Shown here piece after piece: positions 9,358-17,860 of a DNA stretch of 64,000 bases. The number at the start of each line of letters is the position of its first letter. Positions within the stretch are counted from its first letter, which is position 1. Source of the stretch: Paracoccaceae bacterium (lineage in GTDB: Bacteria; Pseudomonadota; Alphaproteobacteria; Rhodobacterales; Rhodobacteraceae); contig JBJLFR010000010.1 of NCBI GenBank assembly GCA_045565285.1, positions 3,344 to 67,343 on the forward strand, in the 5' to 3' direction. A program made the position numbers and the translations under genes. The notes under the pieces are model-generated. The model did not search any database and was not told the DNA's origin. It saw only the letters and a program-made list of their open reading frames with translations.

Positions 9358-10665
9358 CTGAGATTCTAGCAACTATTATATTTCTTTTTTCCTTATTTTT
9401 CTTATTAGGAAGTTCAGTTTGGGTTGGTCTATCTTTAATTGGAGTAGCCTGGATAGGTATAGAATTATTTACATCTCGCCCAGCAGGAGATGCTATGATT
9501 ACAACTATTTGGACAGGAGCATCAAGTTGGACTCTTACAGCATTACCACTCTTTATTTGGATGAGGAGAAATATTATATAGAACTAGATTATCTGAGGAT
9601 ATGTTTAAAGGACTTTCACCATGGATGAGTCGTCTACCTGGGGGTCTTCTTCACACTAATATAGCTGGTTGTACATTATTTGCTGCAGTATCAGGTTCTT
9701 CTGCAGCAACCTTAACCACAGTAGGAAAAATGTCTATTCCAGAACTTAGAAAAAGAGGTTACCCAGAATATATGATAATTGGAACACTTGCTGGAGCAGC
9801 TACTCTTGGATTGATGATACCACCTTCCTTAACTTTAATTGTTTATGGTGTATCTATTAATGAATCCATTACAAAATTATTCATGGCAGGTGTAATACCT
9901 GGACTTATTTTATCATTATTGTTCATGCTTTATATAATCTTTTGGTATTATTATTTTCCAAAAGAAAGACCTCCTGCAGAAAAATCAATTGGTATAAAAC
10001 AAATGATTGCTGAAAGTAAATTTCTTATTCCGATATTGGCTTTAGTTATAATAGTTATTGGTTCTATGTACTTTGGTTGGGCGACAGCTACCGAAGCTGC
10101 TGCAGTTGGTGTTGTAGGAGCTCTTACATTAGCATTTTCTCAAGGTTCATTAACTTGGGAAGCTTTTTCAAGTAGTCTTATGGGGGCGACTAGAACATCA
10201 GCTATGATAGCATTAATTTTAATGGGTGCAGCTTTTTTATCTTTATCAATGGGGTTTACGGGATTACCAAGAGCTTTAGCAAACTATATTGATACTCTAA
10301 ATTTATCACCTATTGTCTTAATAGCCTCTCTAACTATTTTCTATATAATTTTAGGAATGTTTCTTGATGGTATTTCATCAGTTGTATTAACTATGGCAAT
10401 TGTTGAGCCAATGATAAGGCAAGCTGGAATTGATGTTATTTGGTTTGGTATTTTTGTTGTTGTTGTAGTGGAAATGGCACAAGTAACTCCACCAATTGGT
10501 TTTAATTTATTTGTATTACAAGGGATGACTAAACATGAAATTTCTTACATTGCAAAAACAGCAATTCCAATGGTTGCACTAATGGTTTTAATGGTCATTA
10601 TCTTAGTAATTTGGCCAGAACTAGCTACTTGGCTTCCAGAAACAATAAGACAACGTGGAAGTTAA
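9354..10665 (+). pseudogene. dctM: TRAP transporter large permease (DctM family), system 1, interrupted by a +1 frameshift (or sequencing error)
   Basis: 70 codons from the ATG at 9354 end in '...TALPLFIWM' and then run into a stop. Skipping A9564 reads 'GEILYRTRLSEDMFKGLSPWMSRLPGGLL...', continuous with ORF 9601..10665. The joined product is ~436 aa, the normal DctM size. Confidence 0.8.
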
Positions 10666-10668
10666 CCA

Positions 10669-11340
10669 TTGAATAAACTGGCGATTTTACAGTTAGACAC
10701 AAATTTTAAAAGAATAGCTGGGGATATTTGTAGTAAAAAAACCTTTTTAAGGAATGTAAATATCATTAAAATAAAAAATGCAGTAGTATCTGAAATTATA
10801 ACTAAAAATCCTAAGGAACAACATTATTTAAACTTCAAGAAAAAAATATTAACAAGAAATGAAAAAGTAATAACTACTTCTTGTGGTTTTACTTTTTATT
10901 GGCAAGATTATTTTAACAACCTAACGAAATCTGATGTAATAACCTCTTCTCTATGCTGTTTAGATAACAATAGAAAAATATATAAAGATAATGAAATTCT
11001 AATATTCACATTTGATGAAGAAATATTAAAATCTTTATTAGTTTCTAAATTAAAAACACCATTTAAAGGTCATATTTTAGGTTTAAGAAAATACAACCTT
11101 CTGTACAAAATAATTTCTAATAATGAAAAGAATTTTGAATTTGAACAAATCTGTTATGAATTAAAACAATTACTATGGGAAACTATAAAAAATCTTAAAA
11201 TTAAATTAATAATTTTAGAGTGTACAAATTTATCACCTTATAAAAACATTTTTAGAACCATCTTCAGTGGTGAAATAATTGATTTGTTAGTGTTGATTGA
11301 AAAAAAAATACCTGGTACTATTAAAAAAGAACTTTTATAA
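10669..11340 (+). CDS. Asp/Glu/hydantoin-racemase-superfamily protein (putative)
   Basis: 223-aa ORF with a TTG start 3 nt after dctM. 'LAILQLDTNFKRIAGDI', 'ITTSCGF' and 'IILECTNLSPY' resemble the two-Cys Asp/Glu racemase-like family. Confidence 0.45.
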   Translation: MNKLAILQLDTNFKRIAGDICSKKTFLRNVNIIKIKNAVVSEIITKNPKEQHYLNFKKKILTRNEKVITTSCGFTFYWQDYFNNLTKSDVITSSLCCLDNNRKIYKDNEILIFTFDEEILKSLLVSKLKTPFKGHILGLRKYNLLYKIISNNEKNFEFEQICYELKQLLWETIKNLKIKLIILECTNLSPYKNIFRTIFSGEIIDLLVLIEKKIPGTIKKELL

Positions 11341-11342
11341 GG

Positions 11343-12011
11343 TTATGTATAATTACCTCTTATATAATCTGGATGATATGTTTTACTAATCCATTTTTTT
11401 ATAAATTCTAAATTTTCAACTTTTAAACAAATCATCTGAACAGTTTTTAATTCTTTAACAAAGTTTGTTGGAAATCCTTCGATTATTCCAGAGCTGAACC
11501 ACCCAAATAATCTCCAAATTGCAATTTCTGCAATTGATAATTCATTTGGATCTTTAAAAGAATTATCATTTAAAAGCATATTCTCTAATAATTGCATTTT
11601 TTTCATAATAATATCATCAAAAAATTCTTTTCTTTTACTATGGATTATTTTAGTTTCAATATTTTTTCGATAATTAGAAAAAAGTACTGTCATATCCGTA
11701 CACATATCAATAATTTGATCTATTTTTGCAGCTAGAAAATCATTATATTTGGGGTACAAACCTGATAGTTTCCCACAATATCTAGATATAGCACCAGTTT
11801 GAGTAAGAGAATAGTCATTGATTATTAAAACTGGGATTTGTCTAAAGGGAAGGTAAAAATTTGATTTTGTAAAACCATTTTTTTTTGCTGACAAAAAGTC
11901 TTCTCTAGAAATTCTGACATCTTCAAAATTTATAGACCCATATGTTAAAGACAATCTTGGAACTTCTGCCCTCCAAAACGGAGTATCAACATATATAATC
12001 TTTAATTTCAT
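11343..12011 (-). CDS. glutathione S-transferase family protein
   Basis: 222 aa. The N-terminal thioredoxin-like GST motif 'RQIPVLIINDYSLTQTGAISRY' is followed by a helical C-terminal domain. Confidence 0.7.
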   Translation of the reverse strand: MKLKIIYVDTPFWRAEVPRLSLTYGSINFEDVRISREDFLSAKKNGFTKSNFYLPFRQIPVLIINDYSLTQTGAISRYCGKLSGLYPKYNDFLAAKIDQIIDMCTDMTVLFSNYRKNIETKIIHSKRKEFFDDIIMKKMQLLENMLLNDNSFKDPNELSIAEIAIWRLFGWFSSGIIEGFPTNFVKELKTVQMICLKVENLEFIKKWISKTYHPDYIRGNYT

Positions 12012-12036
12012 TGATCGATTCTCCTAAATATTTCAA

Positions 12037-12630
12037 TTATTTATCAATAAATAGTAATTCAACTGTGGTTTTAAGATTTATAACATCTCCAACAATGTAT
12101 TGATAGCCTGTAGCTTTAAAATCACTTCTTTTCAACTCTGCATAAATATCAAAATGTAAATTTTTTTTGACTTTATCTTTTAAAACTGAAGGATTATTCA
12201 GCTTAGCCTTAAAAGTAACATTTTTGGTAATACCTCTTATAGTCAGAGATCCTTTAATATTAAATTGATTATCTTTGGCAATAACCTTTTTACTTTCAAA
12301 ATAGATATAAGGATATTTCTCAGCATATAATACAGTTTCTCCAAGCATAGCAGTTGTAGCTAGATCAAAACCGGCAGAACTTGAATTCAAATCAAATTTT
12401 AATTTAAGCTTGGATTGAGTAGGTTTTTTAAAGTTCAATACAAATATGCTATCTTTTAAAGCAAAAAAACCTTCCATTGGAATAATACCAACAAAATAGT
12501 TAAATCTAATTTTCTCTGCATTAAGTATGAATTGATCACTCGCATAACTTATTTTTACTGAAACCGATATCAATAATGATAAAAGCAAAGGCAAAATAAA
12601 AAAAATTTTATTTTTTATTAAATCATCCAT
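12037..12630 (-). CDS. YceI-family periplasmic polyisoprenoid-binding protein
   Basis: 197 aa with a signal peptide. 'GSLTIRGITKNVTFKAKL' is the typical YceI core. Overlaps the upstream gene by 13 nt. Confidence 0.7.
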   Translation of the reverse strand: MDDLIKNKIFFILPLLLSLLISVSVKISYASDQFILNAEKIRFNYFVGIIPMEGFFALKDSIFVLNFKKPTQSKLKLKFDLNSSSAGFDLATTAMLGETVLYAEKYPYIYFESKKVIAKDNQFNIKGSLTIRGITKNVTFKAKLNNPSVLKDKVKKNLHFDIYAELKRSDFKATGYQYIVGDVINLKTTVELLFIDK

Positions 12631-13616
12631 TCGGGTATAGGTAATTTATTTTTTTTAAGAAACTCTTTATTCCAGATTTTAGATTCATATCTCTGACCAG
12701 AATCACATAATATAGTACAAATAGTATGTCCTTTACCCATTTGTTTTGCCAATTCAACGGCACCTACTAAATTTATTGCTGAAGATCCACCTAAATATAG
12801 CCCCTCATATTTTAATAAATTTTGTAATTCAATAATTGCTGTTTCATCTGAGATTCTAAAACTATAATCGGGTTTAAAATTTTCTAAATTTTTAGTAACT
12901 CTTCCTTGACCAATGCCTTCAGTAATAGAATTACCATCAGATTCCATTCTATTGATTTTATAGTAATTATAAAGTGCTGATCCACAAGGATCTGATAATC
13001 CAATTTGTATTTTTGGATTTTTTTTCTTTAAATACTTGGTAACACCAGCAATTGTTCCTCCAGATCCTATAGCACAAATAAACCCATCTACTTTTCCGCA
13101 TGTTTGTTCCCAAATTTCCGGACCAGTTGTTTTGAAATGGGCATTTAAATTCGAAGTATTATCAAATTGATTAGCCCAAAATACAGTTTTATTTTTTTCT
13201 TTTATAGCTAAATCTTCAGACAACTTTTTCGAATATCTTACATAATTATTTGGATTTTTATAGGGTGCTGCAGGAACTAAAATTAATTCTGCACCTAATA
13301 TTTCTAGTAGTTGTTTTTTTTCATTACTTTGAGTTTCAGGCATTACAATTATAGTCTTACAACCAATTGAATTACCTAATTGTGTCAAACTTATCCCAGT
13401 ATTACCTGCTGTTCCTTCAACTATAATCCCATCTTTTTTTAATTTTTTATTTTTTATAGCATCGTTTAAGATCCCCAAAGCTGCTCGATCTTTAACTGAT
13501 CCGCCAGGATTCAAAAACTCTGCTTTACCAAGAATTTCACAACCTGTTAGATCAGATAAATAATTGATCCTAATTAATGGAGTATTTCCAATTAGAGTAG
13601 AAAAATTTGGATTAAT
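12618..13616 (-). CDS. PLP-dependent cysteine synthase / cystathionine beta-synthase family protein, 5' end non-canonical
   Basis: The ORF-track segment 12618..13514 starts at 'LNPGGSVKDRAA' (PLP Lys motif). The same frame stays open upstream to 13631 and encodes 'KINPNFSTLIGNTPLIRINYLSDLTGCEILGKAEF', the conserved family N-terminus. There is no ATG/GTG/TTG in that stretch; ATT (13616) and ATA (13628) are the only start-like codons. Confidence 0.75.
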   Translation of the reverse strand: MNPNFSTLIGNTPLIRINYLSDLTGCEILGKAEFLNPGGSVKDRAALGILNDAIKNKKLKKDGIIVEGTAGNTGISLTQLGNSIGCKTIIVMPETQSNEKKQLLEILGAELILVPAAPYKNPNNYVRYSKKLSEDLAIKEKNKTVFWANQFDNTSNLNAHFKTTGPEIWEQTCGKVDGFICAIGSGGTIAGVTKYLKKKNPKIQIGLSDPCGSALYNYYKINRMESDGNSITEGIGQGRVTKNLENFKPDYSFRISDETAIIELQNLLKYEGLYLGGSSAINLVGAVELAKQMGKGHTICTILCDSGQRYESKIWNKEFLKKNKLPIPEWMI

Positions 13617-13624
13617 TTTGTTTT

Positions 13625-14419
13625 TTATTTTTTAATTCCTTTTGTTAAAAGATAATCTTGTCTTAATGAGTTATTTTCAAAATATTGAGATATAGTATTT
13701 AAAATCTCAGTTCTCAACAAATTAAGTCTTTCTGGATCAGAAGATAATTTTTCAACTAATTTTGACAGTGGTCCTGCTCCTTTTTCAAACATACCTAGTA
13801 GATGAGAAATACTTAAACCTGGAGAGATTATTTTATCTCTATCAAACTTAATTTCATCTACTGTGTTTTTTAACCTTTTGATGACTATATCTACATTACC
13901 CCATAAGTGTGGAGGAGAAAAATCTGAAGATAATGGAGGATTATATTTTGAAATTATTTGAAAAAATTGACCCATAAATAACTCTGGTGGCCAAGTAGAA
14001 AAAGCAATTGTTCCTCCTGGTTTTAGAACTCTTAATATTTCAAAAAGTGCTTTTTCAGGATTTGGAGCAAACATATGCCCAAATTGACTTAAAACGACAT
14101 CAAAAAAAGCATCATCGTAGGGTAATTTTTCAACATCAGCTTCAGTAAATTTTACATTAAGTTTAAATAATTTATTATTTTCTTCCGCTCTTTCTAAAAG
14201 TTCAGGTGTTAAATCTGACCCAAATACATCAGCACCAGTTCTTGCAGCAGTTAATGCTACAACACCGGTACCACAAGCAACATCAAGAATTTTTTGATTT
14301 TTATTAATATTTGCAAATTTAATCAGTCTTGGAGCAGCTGTTCCTGTTAGATTTTCAAGTGGTGCAAATCCAGACCAAACTTTTTTTGCTTTATTTTTTA
14401 TTTCTTCCAAATTATTCAT
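13625..14419 (-). CDS. class I SAM-dependent methyltransferase
   Basis: 264 aa. Motif I 'ILDVACGTGVVALTAARTGADVFGSDL' and post-I/II motifs of the Methyltransf_11 type. Confidence 0.8.
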   Translation of the reverse strand: MNNLEEIKNKAKKVWSGFAPLENLTGTAAPRLIKFANINKNQKILDVACGTGVVALTAARTGADVFGSDLTPELLERAEENNKLFKLNVKFTEADVEKLPYDDAFFDVVLSQFGHMFAPNPEKALFEILRVLKPGGTIAFSTWPPELFMGQFFQIISKYNPPLSSDFSPPHLWGNVDIVIKRLKNTVDEIKFDRDKIISPGLSISHLLGMFEKGAGPLSKLVEKLSSDPERLNLLRTEILNTISQYFENNSLRQDYLLTKGIKK

Positions 14420-14450
14420 TTTTTACTCCTAAAAAAAATAAAGAACAAAA

Positions 14451-14870
14451 TCAACACTTTGTTTTATGCATTAACATTTCTTGCTTTCTAATTGGCATTT
14501 GGTCAATTAAGTTAAATATTTCGTAAAGAATTTTTTTTTCTAAAGAGAAAGTTTTTACTTCTCCATCATAACCAATTAACCAAAATCCAAAATTTTTTAA
14601 AAAAAGTGGTTTTTTATATTGTTTATTTTTATAATCTTCAAAAAAAACTATATTAATGTTTCTTTCTTCTATTTTACATTTATAAGAAATTAACCAATTA
14701 TCTATATAACTTATTTTCTCTTCATTACCTGATTTTAAATTGATAACCAGTAATCTTTTAGTCCATTTGTAAGTTTCTAAATCAATCTTGTTCATTTTTT
14801 TTTCTAAACCATTCGATTTAACATATGATAAACCAAAAAGAATGAGTGTGATCGACAAAATATTTATCAT
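14451..14870 (-). CDS. DUF4174-like secreted protein
   Basis: 139 aa with a signal peptide. 'WTKRLLVI', 'FWLIGYDGEVK' and 'LIDQMPIRKQEM' match the DUF4174 pattern as I recall it. Confidence 0.55.
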   Translation of the reverse strand: MINILSITLILFGLSYVKSNGLEKKMNKIDLETYKWTKRLLVINLKSGNEEKISYIDNWLISYKCKIEERNINIVFFEDYKNKQYKKPLFLKNFGFWLIGYDGEVKTFSLEKKILYEIFNLIDQMPIRKQEMLMHKTKC

Positions 14871-14984
14871 AGTTGGATATTAATTAATCATTTAATAAAA
14901 AATTTTAATATAACAAAAGACTTTGTGAATTTTTGCGACATAATGTATCATTAAATACCTAACATAAGTATATATATCATATTA

Positions 14985-15362
14985 ATGTCCTTAAATACTA
15001 TAAAAATTTATTTTGATGGAAATTGCGGTCTATGCAGCAAGGAAATTAATTATTATAAGAAAATAGATAAAAAAAATATTTTTAAATGGGTGGATATATA
15101 TACTTACGATACTGTCCTAAAAAAATATGGGATTATAAAATCTGAAGCATTAATGGAGCTTCATGCATTGGATGAAAATGGTAAGATGTATAAAGGTGTA
15201 GATAGCTTTATATTAATCTGGAAGAATTTATCTTTCTTTTGGTCAATTTTAGGTATCCTAGTTTCTTTTTACCCTATATATATAATTGCTAAATTTGCTT
15301 ATAGAAAATTTGCTATTCAAAGATTTAACAAACTTGGTTACTGTGATATAAAAACTAACTAA
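14985..15362 (+). CDS. DCC-family thiol-disulfide oxidoreductase (DUF393)
   Basis: 125 aa. The N-terminal 'IYFDGNCGLCSKEINYYKKID' is the D-x-x-C-x-x-C signature of the DCC family. Confidence 0.75.
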   Translation: MSLNTIKIYFDGNCGLCSKEINYYKKIDKKNIFKWVDIYTYDTVLKKYGIIKSEALMELHALDENGKMYKGVDSFILIWKNLSFFWSILGILVSFYPIYIIAKFAYRKFAIQRFNKLGYCDIKTN

Positions 15363-15394
15363 TTTTAGAGTAAGTTTAACATTTTTTCATAATA

Positions 15395-16969
15395 GTGAAT
15401 AAAATTTTGGTAAAAAAAAATTCTCCTTTTAAAATTGATGTTGAAGCTGGAAAAAAATATTTCTGGTGTAAATGTGGTAAAAGTTCCAATCAACCTTTTT
15501 GTGATGGCAGTCACAAAGATACAGATATTAGCCCAGTTTCTTTTTTAGCAGAAAAATCAGAAACTAAATTCTTTTGTGGTTGTAAGATAACAAATTCTCA
15601 ACCCTTTTGCGATGGATCACATAATACTTTAAATGTAGATTTAATTTCTTGTACTGAAAGTAGTAAATTATTTGATGTCAATATAAGACCAGATGATAAA
15701 TTAATTAAAGTCGATATAAACGAAACATTACTCACAGCTTCTCTTAGAAATAATGTCCCTCATCTAAGTGCTTGTGGTGGCGTTGGTAAGTGTTCTACTT
15801 GCAGAGTAGAAGTAATTGATGGTCTAGACAATTGCTCAAAAAGATCACTTCTTGAAGAAAAATTGGCGCAAAAACTTAAATTCCCAGATCAAATTAGATT
15901 AGCTTGCCAAACAAAAATTTTGGGTAATATTTCTTACAGACGTCTTCTACTTGATAAAAGAGATTTAAACCATAATAGCCAAGAAAATCACAAAAAATTA
16001 GAGTCTGTTGGAACAATTCGGAATTTATCAATAATGTTTTGCGATATTAAAGGATTTACACCTTTTTCAGAAAGTTTATCTGCTTATGATGTAATATTTA
16101 TATTAAATCGATATTTCTCTATTATGAGAGAGGTAATTATTAAAAATGGTGGAGAAATTAATAATTATATTGGTGATGCAATTCTAGCAATTTTTGGCCT
16201 TAACGAAACACGTCAACAAACATTAAGAGCAACAAATGCTGCTTTAGAAATGATTCACCGTATGGATGAATTTAAAAAATATCTCATAAAAGCATATGGT
16301 AGCGACTTTGATATTAGAGTTGGTATTCATTATGGTGAAGTTATCGTCGGAACTGTTGGTTATGGAGAAGATAAAAAATTAACAGTGATAGGAGATGCTG
16401 TAAATATTGCCAGTAGAATTGAGGCGATTAATAAGGATGCAGGAACACGATTACTAGTATCTGATGATGCCTACAATGAAATAAAAGAGAACGTAGATGT
16501 TCGAAATTTCCTTAGATTAAAATTGAGAGGAACAAGTAACTTAATAACTTTGCATGAAATTCAAAGCGTAAAAGAGAACTCCCTTATAGACCATGATAAT
16601 ATCAAAGAAATTAGATATAATAATTTGCTATGGACAAGGACACTTCCGATAAGTGAACTTGAAGAAGGAGAAAAAAAGAAATTTCTTTCCAAAGACAAAG
16701 AAATTCTTTTAATAAAACAGAATGGCATTTATGCAATTGAAAACTTTTGTCCTCATATGAATTTACCTTTAGATGTAGGACAACTTACTGAAAATGGAAC
16801 TATTCTATGTCCGTATCATAATAGTGAATTTTGCTTTAAATCAGGGGAAGCAAAAAAGTGGGTAGGATTAAAAGCTCAAGATGCTCAAAAAGAATGTGAA
16901 CCTCTTAAAATAATTCCCACATTATCAAAAGACAGTTATATTTGGATTAAGAAAGATCAAAATATTTAA
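15395..16969 (+). CDS. multi-[2Fe-2S] class III adenylate/guanylate cyclase (2x CDGSH, ferredoxin, cyclase, Rieske)
   Basis: 524 aa with a GTG start. CDGSH motifs 'CKCGKSSNQPFCDGSH' (aa 25-40) and 'CGCKITNSQPFCDGSH' (aa 61-76). Ferredoxin 'CGGVGKCSTC...LACQT' (aa 127-172). Cyclase 'MFCDIKGFT', 'IGDAILAIFG', 'RVGIHYGEVIVGTVG', 'GDAVNIASRIE' (aa ~213-345). Rieske 'CPH-x17-CPYH' (aa 452-475). Confidence 0.85.
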   Translation: MNKILVKKNSPFKIDVEAGKKYFWCKCGKSSNQPFCDGSHKDTDISPVSFLAEKSETKFFCGCKITNSQPFCDGSHNTLNVDLISCTESSKLFDVNIRPDDKLIKVDINETLLTASLRNNVPHLSACGGVGKCSTCRVEVIDGLDNCSKRSLLEEKLAQKLKFPDQIRLACQTKILGNISYRRLLLDKRDLNHNSQENHKKLESVGTIRNLSIMFCDIKGFTPFSESLSAYDVIFILNRYFSIMREVIIKNGGEINNYIGDAILAIFGLNETRQQTLRATNAALEMIHRMDEFKKYLIKAYGSDFDIRVGIHYGEVIVGTVGYGEDKKLTVIGDAVNIASRIEAINKDAGTRLLVSDDAYNEIKENVDVRNFLRLKLRGTSNLITLHEIQSVKENSLIDHDNIKEIRYNNLLWTRTLPISELEEGEKKKFLSKDKEILLIKQNGIYAIENFCPHMNLPLDVGQLTENGTILCPYHNSEFCFKSGEAKKWVGLKAQDAQKECEPLKIIPTLSKDSYIWIKKDQNI

Positions 16970-16974
16970 TATTT

Positions 16975-17229
16975 TTATATAATGTCATTATTATCAAAAT
17001 AGTTTATCTCTTGAAAATCTTCATTATTTATTACTTTTAAATATTCCTGCTGTATTTTGGAGATTGATAATTTAGATAGATCAAAATCATGAAAAAAATA
17101 TAAATAAATTAATCTGTTTTCTAATTTTTTTCTAGAATTTAAGGAAAGCTTTTCTAGTTCATCACACCCAACAGCGATTTTAATTTTATCACTAAATTCT
17201 TTTTTATCTATATTCACATTCAAACCCAA
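16975..17229 (-). CDS. hypothetical protein
   Basis: 84-aa ORF convergent with the cyclase gene. No motif recognised. Confidence 0.3.
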   Translation of the reverse strand: MGLNVNIDKKEFSDKIKIAVGCDELEKLSLNSRKKLENRLIYLYFFHDFDLSKLSISKIQQEYLKVINNEDFQEINYFDNNDII

Positions 17230-17305
17230 TAATTTAAAACATGAAATTTTTGTTAACCCTATTATATATCAATAGTAAATATATTTAAGAAAATTTTTTA
17301 AACTA

Positions 17306-17321
17306 CTATCTATCTATCTAT
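17306..17321. repeat. (CTAT)4 tetranucleotide microsatellite
   Basis: ctatctatctatctat read directly from the sequence, ending 24 nt upstream of the ATG at 17346. Confidence 0.9.
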
Positions 17322-17345
17322 TGTAAATTATTATTAAGGAATAAA

Positions 17346-17651
17346 ATGAGATATAAGTTAGGGGCATTTTTATTAATTGCAGGAATAGTATTTACTTTTT
17401 TTGATGGGATATACTATTTAATGATTAAAAAAGAATATAATTTTACCATGGTAGGTGAAGTATGGTATTATATTCATCCTTATAGTCTTCAGATAATTCA
17501 ACCAATAGTAGAAAGATATATAATGGTTTTTTTATGGGATCCTTTATTGCTAACAATGCTCCAGTTGCCTTTTGGATTATTTATTTTATTTCTTGGCCTT
17601 TTACTATTATTGAGCAGGACTATTATAAAGCCTAGAAAAACAGAAAATTAA
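17346..17651 (+). CDS. hypothetical membrane protein
   Basis: 101 aa with three hydrophobic segments. AAGGA RBS upstream. Confidence 0.45.
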   Translation: MRYKLGAFLLIAGIVFTFFDGIYYLMIKKEYNFTMVGEVWYYIHPYSLQIIQPIVERYIMVFLWDPLLLTMLQLPFGLFILFLGLLLLLSRTIIKPRKTEN

Positions 17652-17684
17652 GAATTTACACAAATATTTTAAAAATTGGTACAT

Positions 17685-17822
17685 ATGATAAATATATTTT
17701 TTAAAATATTTAAGATTCCATTTAAATTTATTTATATATTTATTCGGTTTTTTCCTTTCCCACTTAGAATATTATTATACATTTCTATTATAGTGACAAT
17801 TTATCTTCTTTTTGATATTTAA
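17685..17822 (+). CDS. possible small membrane protein (45 aa)
   Basis: ATG..TAA ORF below the ORF-track cutoff: MINIFFKIFKIPFKFIYIFIRFFPFPLRILLYISIIVTIYLLFDI. It fills an otherwise unexplained spacer. No RBS is evident. Confidence 0.25.
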   Translation: MINIFFKIFKIPFKFIYIFIRFFPFPLRILLYISIIVTIYLLFDI

Positions 17823-17860
17823 AAATTAAGTTATTAATATGCCTTGAAGGATTTTTGATC

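Noticed and set aside
9555-9570. Programmed +1 ribosomal frameshifting (prfB-like) as the explanation for the dctM breaks, here and at 42895-42905.
   Set aside because: There is no slippery P-site codon that can re-pair in +1 (ATG and GCT cannot). There is no in-frame stop at the shift site and no suitably spaced upstream SD as in prfB. I kept the recurrence as a finding but do not claim recoding.
9419-9628. 69-aa ORF spanning the dctM-1 break.
   Set aside because: It is a third-frame reading across the frameshift region. Its translation has no membrane-protein character, and the other two frames together reconstitute DctM.
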